Assembly (NCBI GenBank): GCA_965215015.1
Contig: OZ244042.1
Location: 4,832,001 to 4,896,000, forward strand
Direction: 5' to 3'
DNA from: Candidatus Poribacteria bacterium
GTDB taxonomy: Bacteria > Poribacteria > WGA-4E > PCPOR2b
Length of the DNA: 64,000 bases
Shown here in pieces: positions 30,867-40,967 of this stretch. The translations under genes were made by a program, and so were the position numbers. The stretch's first letter is position 1. Each line of letters starts with the position of its first letter. The notes under the pieces were generated by a model. That model saw only the letters and a program-made list of their open reading frames with translations, ran no database searches and was not told the origin of the DNA.

Positions 30867-31760
30867 TCACATCACAGCCGCTAGTTGCTCCCAGATCTCC
30901 TCCGGCACCGGCGTGGTTGCCGCAGCAAAATTCTGTTCAACCTCCGTCGCGTCTTTAGAACCTGTCAGGCTCATATGGATCAGCGGTTGACGCAAGCAGA
31001 ATTGGACTGCCAAATTGAGGAGGTTCTGATTATTTTCCGCCGCCCACTGCCAAAGTCGATGCGCTTGTTCCCCCTCCGGCGGTCGCGCTGTCACGTCCGG
31101 TTCAACGCCGGAGAGCAAGCCCATCGCAATGGGACTGCCGTTGATTACGCCGATATCGTGCTGTGCCGCAAAGGGCAACAAGCTATCAGCAGCGGTTTGA
31201 CTAAGCAGCGTGTAGTCGAGGAAGGTCAGAATCACATCCACAACGCCGGTTTCAATCGCGATACGGTGAAACTCATGTTCACGAACACCCAACCCAATAA
31301 AGCGTAACATGCCTTCTTCGCGCATCCGTTGGAGCTCCTCAAACGCTCCACCCTTTGCAATCACAGGGGCCATGCTGTCTGGATCGTGAACGAGGCACAC
31401 ATCCAGATAGTCTGTACCCAGCAAACGGAGACTATTTTCGACACTTCTGCGTGTCGTTGACGCCGAAAAGTCACCACGCCATTCCGGATGTGTCCCTATT
31501 TTCGTCGCCAAGTAAATTTTTGCTCGCCAGCCGCCAGCCAACGCGAGTCCAATCCGTCTCTCGCTTTCACAAGCCCCATACAATGGTGCCGTGTCGAGGT
31601 AGTTCATCCCCAATTCTATTGCCCGATGCACCGCTTCAATCGCTTCGTCGTCTGATACATTGTTCCGCCCAACACCTGCACCGCCCATGCTGAGGGCGGT
31701 TACCTCTAAGCCTGTGCGCCCCAACCGACGGCGGGGCAGGATTGCACCTTGATTTGCCAT
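30867..31760 (-). CDS. Aldo/keto reductase
   Basis: RRLGRTGL, DTAPLYG, ATK, SL..LGTDYLD..LVHD. Confidence 0.9.
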   Translation of the reverse strand: MANQGAILPRRRLGRTGLEVTALSMGGAGVGRNNVSDDEAIEAVHRAIELGMNYLDTAPLYGACESERRIGLALAGGWRAKIYLATKIGTHPEWRGDFSASTTRRSVENSLRLLGTDYLDVCLVHDPDSMAPVIAKGGAFEELQRMREEGMLRFIGLGVREHEFHRIAIETGVVDVILTFLDYTLLSQTAADSLLPFAAQHDIGVINGSPIAMGLLSGVEPDVTARPPEGEQAHRLWQWAAENNQNLLNLAVQFCLRQPLIHMSLTGSKDATEVEQNFAAATTPVPEEIWEQLAAVM

Positions 31761-31776
31761 GGTCCCTCCTTATCGA

Positions 31777-32142
31777 TTATAACTCCCGGTGTAAATGCCC
31801 GCGACGCCCATCCGGCGCAATGACACTGACCCACTGAATTCCTTTTACAGCGTCGTCGGGAACATGTCCATGCTCCACTCCCTTAGGGGTTACAACCAAA
31901 TCGCCCGGCCCAATCTGATACGATTGACTCGTGCCATCAGGGGTGCGTAAGGTGACAGTCGTTGTGCCTTCGGTGAAGTACCAATACTCATCGAAGTCAT
32001 GATAGTGTAGCTCTGTCGGCTGATCTCTGGATACCGCAAAGTGACCGATGCTTCCCATATCTACCGGATCGAGGAGGTGCTTTACCTCCTCTCCGATACG
32101 CGCCCCATCACTGAGTCTAACCACATAAATGTCTGTTTTCAT
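31777..32142 (-). CDS. Cupin domain protein
   Basis: HYHDFDEYWYF...GD.VV.PKGVEH. Confidence 0.85.
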   Translation of the reverse strand: MKTDIYVVRLSDGARIGEEVKHLLDPVDMGSIGHFAVSRDQPTELHYHDFDEYWYFTEGTTTVTLRTPDGTSQSYQIGPGDLVVTPKGVEHGHVPDDAVKGIQWVSVIAPDGRRGHLHREL

Positions 32143-32396
32143 TGCTATTTCCTCTGATTTTTAAATTGTTTTGTTGACCCTTAATTGCGTCGGTTACGCA
32201 ATCTGAGACAACCGGTCGAATTAAGAGGGCAGCGGGGATGTTATCACAAATAGGACGGGGAATGCTATCAAAAACGGTGAAATTTAAGGGACGTCTCCAT
32301 CTAAAACTGACGCATCTATTACCGCCTGCAAAATTATTCCAAATATGATATAATAAAGACGCAGCCAAACCCTACTACTGCATCACAATTTTAAGA

Positions 32397-33035
32397 ATGA
32401 AACTAAAAATCCCTAAACTTTTCAGAGGTTCAAAACAGAAAGTGACCGCTCCATCGGTTCCCGAGGAAGCACCAGCTATTGAACAACCGCAGCCGTTCAA
32501 TCCGGATAGTACCCGATATTGTCCGCAACGTCCTTTTCCTCCCTATCGGCATGTACCGGGAGTCACACCGCACCCGATCCGAGATCCACGCGGGCATAGC
32601 CACGGCTTGGAGGAGAACGATAGCCCGGTTTCCCTACCTGTGGATTGGCATCAAACCGAAGATTATCTATACGGGGTTGATCTCTATAATTTCGCCTATT
32701 GGTGGGAAGCCCATGAGGCGTGGGAGGGGCTTTGGAATAAAACAGAGGATGATTGTCGGCTGTTTCTGCAGGGGTTGATTCAAATTTCGGCGGCGTTGAT
32801 TAAGTACCATATGCGCCAACTCCGTGGGCTGCAGAGCCTTTCAACCAATGGGCGCAACAAAGTGCATCAGGTGCTAACCAACCTCGATGATTCAACTGGA
32901 ATGTACATGGGTATAAATCTGCCCGAATTTCTAGCTTGCCTTGACACTTTTTTCGAGCCATTCTTTTCCGATACAGTCTCGGAGCAAACCTACGCTCACG
33001 TGACAGTGAAACCGCTCATTCGTTTACATTTCTAA
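32397..33035 (+). CDS. DUF309 domain protein
   Basis: G.DLYN...WWEAHEAWE..W...LQGLIQ. Confidence 0.85.
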   Translation: MKLKIPKLFRGSKQKVTAPSVPEEAPAIEQPQPFNPDSTRYCPQRPFPPYRHVPGVTPHPIRDPRGHSHGLEENDSPVSLPVDWHQTEDYLYGVDLYNFAYWWEAHEAWEGLWNKTEDDCRLFLQGLIQISAALIKYHMRQLRGLQSLSTNGRNKVHQVLTNLDDSTGMYMGINLPEFLACLDTFFEPFFSDTVSEQTYAHVTVKPLIRLHF

Positions 33036-33101
33036 ACGTCAGTTGAAGTAAGGTGGAGTCACTTTTTAGTGACTTGCAGCATCTCATGAATCATGTTATA
33101 A

Positions 33102-34180
33102 TTACCCGAGTTACTAGTTGATAAACCAAGCTTTTTACACAGAAAGCACACGATTTAAGGAAAAATCCAACCCATTTTCCCAGTATCAGACGATATGCGG
33201 GCGAACAACAAAGAATGGGTTATCAAATGCAGAATTTAATTATAAAAGGCGATAATATCGAGGGACTTGAATACCTGCTGAGCAACAAGGGACTAAGAAG
33301 CAAAATTGATTTGGTCTATATCGACCCACCCTTTGCTACTAATGGTAATTTTACAATTACGGATGAAAGAGCGTCCACTATAAGTAATTCCCGATATGGT
33401 GATGTTGCCTATTCTGATAGACTCACCGGAAAAGAATTTATTGAATTTTTAAGAGATAGACTACTTTTGATTAAAGAACTACTGTCAGATAAAGGTTCTA
33501 TTTATCTGCATATAGATTATAAAATCGGGCATTATGTAAAGGTTATGATGGATGAAGTTTTTGGGATAAATAATTTCAGGAATGACATTACCAAAATAAA
33601 GTGTAATCCAAAGAATTTTAAGCGGGTAGGATACGGAAATATAAAGGACCTTATTTTATTCTAAATCGTCAAAACCTATATGGAATGAACCTAAAGAACC
33701 ATATACAACAGAAGACATAGAAAAGCTATACCCTAAAACCAAAAAAGGGAGAAGGTAACAGAAAAAAATCCGGACCTGTTAGACCGGATTATCAAAACGT
33801 CTTCTAATCCTGAAAGTATAGTTTTGGATTGTTTTTGTGGTTCAGGAACAACCTTAAAATCTGCACATCTACTAAATAGAAGCTGGATAGGTATAGACCA
33901 ATCAGAGCATGCTATCAAAGCAACAATTGGCAAATTGGATGCAATGGAAGATTTCTGCTTTACCCCTAAACCTAAATATGGATTCATAAATATCGAAAGC
34001 CACGCTTGAGGACCACAGACAAATGTAATGTAAATTGCTAGTCGCATAGAAAAACCGAGTTGTTCGCCCGCATATCGTTTGATATTGGGAAAATGGGTTG
34101 GATTTTTCCTTAAAGCGTCTCCTTTTCTCTAAAAGGCTCGGTTTTTGACGCCTGATTTATCAATGACCAACTGAGGTTAA
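33102..34180. mobile_element. Non-autonomous element with long inverted ends carrying a methyltransferase remnant
   Basis: 56-bp inverted repeat with 2 mismatches (33154-33209 vs 34059-34114). Weaker inverted similarity continues out to ~33102 and ~34180. Confidence 0.6.
33215..34009 (+). pseudogene. Beta-class N6-adenine DNA methyltransferase, frameshifted and probably internally deleted
   Basis: VYIDPPF in 33215..33664, then a stop/frameshift. EKNPDLLDRIIKTSSN..S.VLDCFCGSGTT resumes in another frame. The segment between the motifs looks too short to hold a full TRD. Confidence 0.85.
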
Positions 34181-34248
34181 GCTAGATGATTATATAAAGT
34201 CAAATCTCAACTAAATAGTGCACTTAATCAAACAACTAAGGAGGGGTC

Positions 34249-35742
34249 ATGGTTCACTATAGAAAACACACTTTGCCTATCGCTATTTTGGCTGCTGCTG
34301 TCATTGTTGCACTCTTTCTCGTACCGATCGGAGAAAAAACTGCGTTAAGCGATCGCGACGGTAGAAACAGTCTCACGCTGCAGAAGGCTTTAATAGAAGT
34401 GATTAGAAAAGCTGATGCACATTACTACATGCAAGTCGATCCGCAGGAGATGTTTGAAGGGGCAATCAAAGGGGCACTCGCCGCGCTGGATGATCCCTAT
34501 TCTTTCTACATGCCGCCGGTGGATCAGAAACGCGAAGCGGAGAACCTTTACCATGCAAAATTTGGTGGACTCGGTATCCGAATTTATGCAGATAAGGGCT
34601 TTATAAAAATTGCTCGACCCTTAGCCAATAGTCCAGCGATGCGAGCAGGATTGCAAGCCGGTGATTATATAACCAAAGTCAATAGCGAGGCGATTCATAT
34701 TGGTACGGGGGGCCAAACTCTTTTAGAGGTCGTTGATATTTTAAGAGGGGTGATTGGCACAGAGGTTACGATTACGGTACAGCGCCGAGGACATCCGGAC
34801 CCGTTTGATGTGACACTGACTCGCGAGGAGATTGAAATCGAGAGTGTCGAAAAAACAATGCTGGAGAATGGAATCGGTTATATTAAAATTCAGAACTTCA
34901 CCGGCAGAACGGTTGAAGAGTTCAAAGAAGCATTCAAGACCTTACGTGATGTTGAAGATGGGGCGATGAGGGCACTGATTTTGGATCTCCGAGACAATCC
35001 GGGGGGACTACTTAAAGCCGCCTACCACGTGGCAAATGCCTTTATCTCAGAGGGGTTAATTGTGTCAACACAAGGACGGCACCCTGAATTTAACCAAAAG
35101 TATCCGGCAACACCTGACACTCTCTGCCCACCGGAGGTCGAGTTAGTTGTGCTTGTGAATAAGTTTAGTGCAAGCGGTTCCGAAATCGTCGCAGGAGCTA
35201 TCAAGGATTCCAGACGAGGCGTCATCCTTGGCACGAAAACTTTCGGTAAAGGGGTTGTCCAGCAAAGGTTTCCTCTGAAGACCTTAAACAAAACAGGTGC
35301 AGTATCGCTCACAATCTCGACTTACTATACACCGAACGGCGTCTCGATTCACAAAAACGGAATCGATCCAAACGTTGTGGTTGAGATGAGCGAGTTTGAC
35401 GATGTAACGGCTTTGATGCGGCAAAGAATGCTTAGAGGGAAATATCTCAAAAACTTTGTCGAGGAGTGGATTGAAGTGACAGAAAAGGAGATGGGGGAAA
35501 CCCCCAAAGATTTTTCTAAGTTGGAGGCTGACCTTCCAGAGTTAATAGCGACCCTTGCCGAGAACGATATCACACTCGATATTGAGATTGTCAAAAATGA
35601 CGCCAATAAGCTCTTTAACGCAAATGTCGGCATCTATCAATTGATAGATCTTGCGAATGACAACCAGTTGCAGGACGCAATCCAACTTATCAGAACAGGT
35701 GGAGTTGAGGCAATCTTTACATCGTCCACAGTAGACCTCTAA
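34249..35742 (+). CDS. S41 carboxy-terminal processing protease (CtpA/Prc family)
   Basis: Signal/anchor helix, PDZ (FGGLGI), LDLRDNPGG, SASGSEI, TFGKG. Confidence 0.92.
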   Translation: MVHYRKHTLPIAILAAAVIVALFLVPIGEKTALSDRDGRNSLTLQKALIEVIRKADAHYYMQVDPQEMFEGAIKGALAALDDPYSFYMPPVDQKREAENLYHAKFGGLGIRIYADKGFIKIARPLANSPAMRAGLQAGDYITKVNSEAIHIGTGGQTLLEVVDILRGVIGTEVTITVQRRGHPDPFDVTLTREEIEIESVEKTMLENGIGYIKIQNFTGRTVEEFKEAFKTLRDVEDGAMRALILDLRDNPGGLLKAAYHVANAFISEGLIVSTQGRHPEFNQKYPATPDTLCPPEVELVVLVNKFSASGSEIVAGAIKDSRRGVILGTKTFGKGVVQQRFPLKTLNKTGAVSLTISTYYTPNGVSIHKNGIDPNVVVEMSEFDDVTALMRQRMLRGKYLKNFVEEWIEVTEKEMGETPKDFSKLEADLPELIATLAENDITLDIEIVKNDANKLFNANVGIYQLIDLANDNQLQDAIQLIRTGGVEAIFTSSTVDL

Positions 35743-35765
35743 AAAAGTCCTCAAATCTGCGGCGG

Positions 35766-36230
35766 TCACAGCTGCCGGATGTAGTGAACTTGTCGGGCGA
35801 TTTCGACAAAGCCCATCTTGGGATAAAATGCCGTTCCAATCTGATTCTGTTCCAGCGTCTCAATCCGTGCGTAAAGCATCCCTTCTTCTTTAAGATATGC
35901 CAACGCTGTGTCAATCAGTTGTGTCCCCAATCCCTGCTGTTGGGATTGGGGATGCACAGACAGGTTGGGGATGCCACCGATTTTCGTCCGATGGTTGAGG
36001 TAGGTGGTGATATAACCCACCACTGCCCCGTCAACCTCTGCGACGAACACGCCCGCCGCATTTGCTTCCACATCATCATTAATGTGCGGCATCTTGCGCT
36101 GCTTCCAATCCAATCCATTAATAACACCGAACTTATCTTCGATGTTCTTATCGATTGAAACCCCTTTGAAGCAAATTGCGGTAATTTGTCGTAGCGTTTC
36201 GAGGTCTGATGGTTGATATTTTCGTATCAC
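35766..36230 (-). CDS. GNAT N-acetyltransferase
   Basis: L.VHP..QQQGLG..L acetyl-CoA motif, FY.KMGF. Confidence 0.88.
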   Translation of the reverse strand: MIRKYQPSDLETLRQITAICFKGVSIDKNIEDKFGVINGLDWKQRKMPHINDDVEANAAGVFVAEVDGAVVGYITTYLNHRTKIGGIPNLSVHPQSQQQGLGTQLIDTALAYLKEEGMLYARIETLEQNQIGTAFYPKMGFVEIARQVHYIRQL

Positions 36231-36369
36231 AGTTTCTCCTTCCTGTGAATTGCCTCCAAAGATGTGCCTGTCGTGACGGTTTAAGCTGCTTTCTTTCTCC
36301 CAAGCTATCCCACGCTAATCAAGAATTTGTAAGATGTTCAGCAGCCAGTTGAGTGCTTGACGTTGCATC

Positions 36370-37161
36370 TCACGTCCAAAGCACACCAGAGATCAACTGT
36401 TTTAGATACTGTATTTCATGGGCTGCTGTCTCATAAGGCGGATGGTGACTTCCATGTTCGATAGAAATGTAACCATCAAAGCCCTTATCCTTCAATATCC
36501 GCGCAAACTTGGTAAAATCCTCATCCCCGGCATCCAAAAACGTCAGATTGGGCCAGCTTCCAATCCAATTATGGGCGTGGACATGAACAACATGGGGCCC
36601 CAGCTGCGTTGCTGTATCGAAGACCGACTCGCCTAACAGCGGTGTCTGGATGTTTACTTTTAGATTTTCCATGCCTACATCAGCTAGTAGCTTAAGCGTA
36701 GTTGGACTGGTGTCCGTTAGGTTTGGTCCTGAATGGATAACCTGATGGGTTTCAAGCGGAAACACGATGCCGTGCGACAGGCCCATCTCACAAATTCGCT
36801 GTAAGCCTTTTACGCAGTCATTCCACTGCTCTGCTGTTGCATCGGCACTACCGACATTGCCGGTATACGTCCGGATAAAGGGACCTCCCAATTGAATCGC
36901 ATACTCGATATATCGCTCTGCATCCCGGATACTCTGTTCCCATGTCTCTGCGCTTGTGGTGAAGTCAAAATATGGGCAAATCTGGACAATTTCGAGGTGG
37001 TGTGCGTCCATCAGCCCTTTGAGCCACTTTAAGTCTGCGCTGGAAAGATACTGTTCCCAAAACTCTAACCCATCATATCCCATCTGTGCTAACTTGGGGA
37101 TGGCTTGTTCAATAGCCTGCTGCGTGTTGCCAAAGGCGTTTGTGCAAAACGATGCTTTCAT
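36370..37161 (-). CDS. Sugar phosphate isomerase/epimerase
   Basis: GYDGLEFW, LETHQ, HVHAHN, GYISIEH. Start MKASF behind aggaaaggag. Confidence 0.8.
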   Translation of the reverse strand: MKASFCTNAFGNTQQAIEQAIPKLAQMGYDGLEFWEQYLSSADLKWLKGLMDAHHLEIVQICPYFDFTTSAETWEQSIRDAERYIEYAIQLGGPFIRTYTGNVGSADATAEQWNDCVKGLQRICEMGLSHGIVFPLETHQVIHSGPNLTDTSPTTLKLLADVGMENLKVNIQTPLLGESVFDTATQLGPHVVHVHAHNWIGSWPNLTFLDAGDEDFTKFARILKDKGFDGYISIEHGSHHPPYETAAHEIQYLKQLISGVLWT

Positions 37162-37233
37162 ACCGCTCTCCTTTCCTTCGTTTGTTGCCCGGTATAGCAC
37201 ACACAAGGATAAGATCTCGAATCTCAAGAGGCC

Positions 37234-40080
37234 TCATGTCGATTGTTCATTTCTATGCGCCCGACCTTTCGCTTGCAACAATCTTCCTATGTCCCCCGTC
37301 GTTGGAGGTTGTGGATTTGCCGATAGGTGTCTCTTCGATACCGAATCTGACGCGTTCTCACGCTGATACCCAAATTGAGATACCGAGGACGGCACGAAAT
37401 CACTGGAGGGCACCGCTGTCTCCTCCGTCAGGGTTGCTTTCTTTTGCCTCAAGCGCGAAAGTGTTGGCGAAGACGCGTGTTCCCCCCGACGGTGAAACGA
37501 CCCCAACTGTGTCTTGAGTTCCACGAGATAGCCGCTCGCAATGCTGAGACGGCGCAGAATCATCTCTAGCACGAATAAAATAAGGCTCGCTTTCAGCAGC
37601 GTAAACGAGAGCGGTTTCAAGTGTTCAATCGCTGGCCCGTCATGTTGGACAATCTGTTTAGGCGATGGTTCAAAAATTCCGTTGGTGCGACTGGCAAGCT
37701 GATTGAGCAGCTGGCGGTTCGTCTCAAATTCGGAAAACTCCGCGGGGTAGGGGAGAACAAGGCTTTCATAAACCGTACCTTCGACCTGTCCCTCCCGATT
37801 TTTCTGGGCAGTAACAAGATACGACCCGCGCTCACGGACGAGAAATTCTCCCGAATATTGCGTCGGTGTCACACGACGCAGTTCGACTACCTCTCCTTCA
37901 GCATTAGGACGGGCGAGACGCACATCGAATGTGAGTCCGTGTGTTGTTGTCGTCGGTGCTGTGTCTATGAGGACCTCTCCTCTGCCGCTCCGGTGAGTTA
38001 CTGTCAAATCGAAATCTGCGACTCCGATCGTTGATGGTAACACCCAATTGACGACCTGTCCCCAAAACTTTCCGAAGTTGTCCCACTCAATCCAAGCCCC
38101 CCCCCACCCCGACTTCACATCAGAGGTAAAAGCGATAGACCTGCCAAGCCCGTAATTCCATCCAGCCAGAATTGGGTGGTCTTCATGGGAACGGATATAG
38201 GTCTGTGCGAGTTCCTTTTCTGAGGTGGCAATGTAGCCGTAGAGTTTCGGCACCCGATCAATTCCCGCTAACATTGGATAATCGCTGTCATTGATGATTG
38301 GCTGAAATGGTTCTTGAACGGTATACTTCTGCGTCTGGCGCACCTCGTCAGCCATAATTTTTGGCAGTTCACTAATGTTCCGAACATCTCGGTATCCGCC
38401 CGCCTCGGCGATACCTTTCATCAGTGCCCGATCCGCATCACCGATGGCGATGGTCGAGAGGGTTATCTTGTCCGCTGCAATCCGTTTCGCCAGTGGAATA
38501 AAATCGCCCTCCGATTTACCATCGGACAGAAGCAAAATATGTTTCTGCTTTGCATCAATCGTCTGGAGTCGCTCGTAAGCCCTTTCTAGTGCGAGATACA
38601 TCTTCGTGCCGCTGCCGGGACGCAACTGTCCGACTCCGTGGAGTATTTTTTCGTGATCGGTTGTCGGCGCATAATCCTTTTTGATTTTCGCGGCGAAAGC
38701 AATCACCCCAACATGGTCTTCATCGTCGAGAGCCCGGATGGATGCGCGAACTCCCTCAAGTGCCAACTGGATTTTCTGATCTGGACCGATGTAGTTTGCC
38801 ATGCTTCCAGACGCGTCAACGACAAGCATCAACGCGAGGGATTCTTTTTTTTGTCGAGGTGTCATTTCAAGGGGAGACACCTGCTCCAGCGGTGTGTCGT
38901 GATAGCCGCCTCTGCCGAAAGCACTGTCCCCGCCGATTACGACCAACCCCTTCCCCAGATCTCGAACATAACTTTCAATATGTTCCATCTGAAGTGCGGA
39001 AAGTTCATCGGCGGATACATTGCTCAATATTATGGCATCGCTATTTTGGAGCGTGACAAGATCGGTCGGAAATTCGGAGGGCGGGAGGACTTTAACTGCC
39101 AAACTGTTCATTTCAAGGACGGTCTTTAAGGTATCTGTCTGTCCAGCATCTCCCTCGACATACAGGATGTGCGGTGTTCCATAGACGCGAGTGACGCCGT
39201 AACCTGTGTTGTTTTCCGCATTATCGCCAGCTAAGTTATCGACAGAGAGCTCAATTCGATATTCGTAGACATCTTCCTCAGAAATGCGTTGCGGAAATTC
39301 GATGGGCTGCTTTCCTTGCTTCAAGCTTATCGTTTCGGGTTCTGTCACAGGGCGGTCATTCCGATAAAGTCTGACTTGAGCCTCTGTATCCGTTACTGTT
39401 TCGACAATCGCACGGACCTGGAAGGTTTCGCCTGCCCGCACCTGGGATTCGGTTTCCAGCTCTCTCACCCAGACCTCGTATTCCCGCTCAGACGACAGTG
39501 GAAGCGTGAAAACTTCAATTTCACTTGCCCGGGCGAGATCGAGTAAGGCAACCGCTTCACCAACATTTTGGACGCCATCACTTAACAACACCAGTCGCTT
39601 TTGGCCTCCCTGCCCGCCGGGTAGATTCAACCCCAGTTGAATTGCCCCTGCGAGATTGGTAGCCTCCCGATCAATCTCTACTTCAAATAAGATGTCTTCT
39701 GTTAAATGGGGCTGCTCCGCCTTGGCCTGATTCAAGACACGCACCGCAGCCCTGCCCGCGAACAGAATCACGCTGAATACGTCGCTTGGCTTAAGTGCGT
39801 CAAGGGCTGTGTTAATCTGCTCGATCCCTGCTTTCTGTTGTACACTCGGAACGCTATCAGACACATCAAGGAGAAACACGACGGAAAGGACATCTTCTTG
39901 GTCTTTCTGCTGCAAGCCAACTAATGCCAAAATGAGGCAGATTGCCGCACCGAGACGCAATAGAAGGGTCCCAATCTTCCGCCACCGCGCCGCCTCCACG
40001 CGCGTATAACGGGCAATAATCAGCAAGATTGGAATGATGCCTAAAAGTAAAAAAAAGAGGGGGTTACTGATCTGGAACAT
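37234..40080 (-). CDS. Membrane-anchored double vWA plus glutamine-amidotransferase-like domain protein
   Basis: N-terminal BatA-like TM; two MIDAS motifs (DVSDS, DASGS); LSDG motifs; GLVVIGG GATase-like segment; C-terminal TM. Confidence 0.8.
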   Translation of the reverse strand: MFQISNPLFFLLLGIIPILLIIARYTRVEAARWRKIGTLLLRLGAAICLILALVGLQQKDQEDVLSVVFLLDVSDSVPSVQQKAGIEQINTALDALKPSDVFSVILFAGRAAVRVLNQAKAEQPHLTEDILFEVEIDREATNLAGAIQLGLNLPGGQGGQKRLVLLSDGVQNVGEAVALLDLARASEIEVFTLPLSSEREYEVWVRELETESQVRAGETFQVRAIVETVTDTEAQVRLYRNDRPVTEPETISLKQGKQPIEFPQRISEEDVYEYRIELSVDNLAGDNAENNTGYGVTRVYGTPHILYVEGDAGQTDTLKTVLEMNSLAVKVLPPSEFPTDLVTLQNSDAIILSNVSADELSALQMEHIESYVRDLGKGLVVIGGDSAFGRGGYHDTPLEQVSPLEMTPRQKKESLALMLVVDASGSMANYIGPDQKIQLALEGVRASIRALDDEDHVGVIAFAAKIKKDYAPTTDHEKILHGVGQLRPGSGTKMYLALERAYERLQTIDAKQKHILLLSDGKSEGDFIPLAKRIAADKITLSTIAIGDADRALMKGIAEAGGYRDVRNISELPKIMADEVRQTQKYTVQEPFQPIINDSDYPMLAGIDRVPKLYGYIATSEKELAQTYIRSHEDHPILAGWNYGLGRSIAFTSDVKSGWGGAWIEWDNFGKFWGQVVNWVLPSTIGVADFDLTVTHRSGRGEVLIDTAPTTTTHGLTFDVRLARPNAEGEVVELRRVTPTQYSGEFLVRERGSYLVTAQKNREGQVEGTVYESLVLPYPAEFSEFETNRQLLNQLASRTNGIFEPSPKQIVQHDGPAIEHLKPLSFTLLKASLILFVLEMILRRLSIASGYLVELKTQLGSFHRRGEHASSPTLSRLRQKKATLTEETAVPSSDFVPSSVSQFGYQRENASDSVSKRHLSANPQPPTTGDIGRLLQAKGRAHRNEQST

Positions 40081-40188
40081 AATCGAATGTAAAACTCGAT
40101 ACTGTTAATGGCAATAACATCGGGCGGGAAGTGGTCCCCCAAGATGGCGAGATCTTATTCCCGAAGACGCTATCTTCTGGAAATAACG

Positions 40189-40842
40189 TCACAAAGTCCT
40201 AAACTCTATAGGCCAGAAGGACTCTAGCTCCGCCACGAAGGTCATCTCTTCTTTCCGTGTTGGGTGACTGATAGTGAGTGAGCGGGCGTGTAAAGCCAAC
40301 GCTTTCTGTCCAAATTTGACTTTAGAACCGTACCGAAAATCACCAATCACTGGATAACCACGATGTGCAAATTGTACACGAATCTGATGGTGTCTGCCTG
40401 TTACAAGTTCGATTTCAATCCAAGACACGCCTTTGCGATACTGAAGCCGACGAAAGGATAATTCTGCGTGTTGATCGCCGGCCCTTTTGGTTACATGGCT
40501 AGTGGGGCCGTGGCGACGAATCCGATCCACCAACGTGCCCTCCGTAGGGGTTTTGCCTTCGACAAGAGCCCAGTAAATTTTTCGGACACTGCCTATCCGA
40601 AACTGCTCGGACAACCGCTTCGCCGCTTTGGAGGTCAAGGCAAATACAACGACGCCGGATGTCGGTCGGTCAAGACGATGGACAAGCCCCAGATAAACAT
40701 TGCCGGGCTTATTGAACTTATCTTTTATGTATTCTCGAGCACAATCCAAAAGTGACGTATCGCCGGTACGATCGCCTTGCACCAGCAGCCCCGCCGGTTT
40801 TCGGACGACAAGTAGATGATTGTCAGTGTAAAGGATTTTCAA
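40189..40842 (-). CDS. RluA-family pseudouridine synthase (no S4 domain)
   Basis: KPAGL, HRLDRPTSG, TGRHHQIRV, ALHA. Confidence 0.9.
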   Translation of the reverse strand: MKILYTDNHLLVVRKPAGLLVQGDRTGDTSLLDCAREYIKDKFNKPGNVYLGLVHRLDRPTSGVVVFALTSKAAKRLSEQFRIGSVRKIYWALVEGKTPTEGTLVDRIRRHGPTSHVTKRAGDQHAELSFRRLQYRKGVSWIEIELVTGRHHQIRVQFAHRGYPVIGDFRYGSKVKFGQKALALHARSLTISHPTRKEEMTFVAELESFWPIEFRTL

Positions 40843-40864
40843 TGTTTACCCTAATCTTTCGGGC

Positions 40865-40900
40865 AATGCCCCATCCCTTTAGGATGTGGGGGGATGTCAA
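40865..40900 (+). mobile_element. IS200/IS605-like end remnant
   Basis: aatgccccatccctttaggatgtgggggatgtcaa matches the typical hairpin plus GTCAA right end. Confidence 0.5.
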
Positions 40901-40967
40901 AAGGTAGATAAAACGCAAGTGCATAGCTTACAGAATCCCAATCTCGAATTGAGATGTGGGAGATCGC

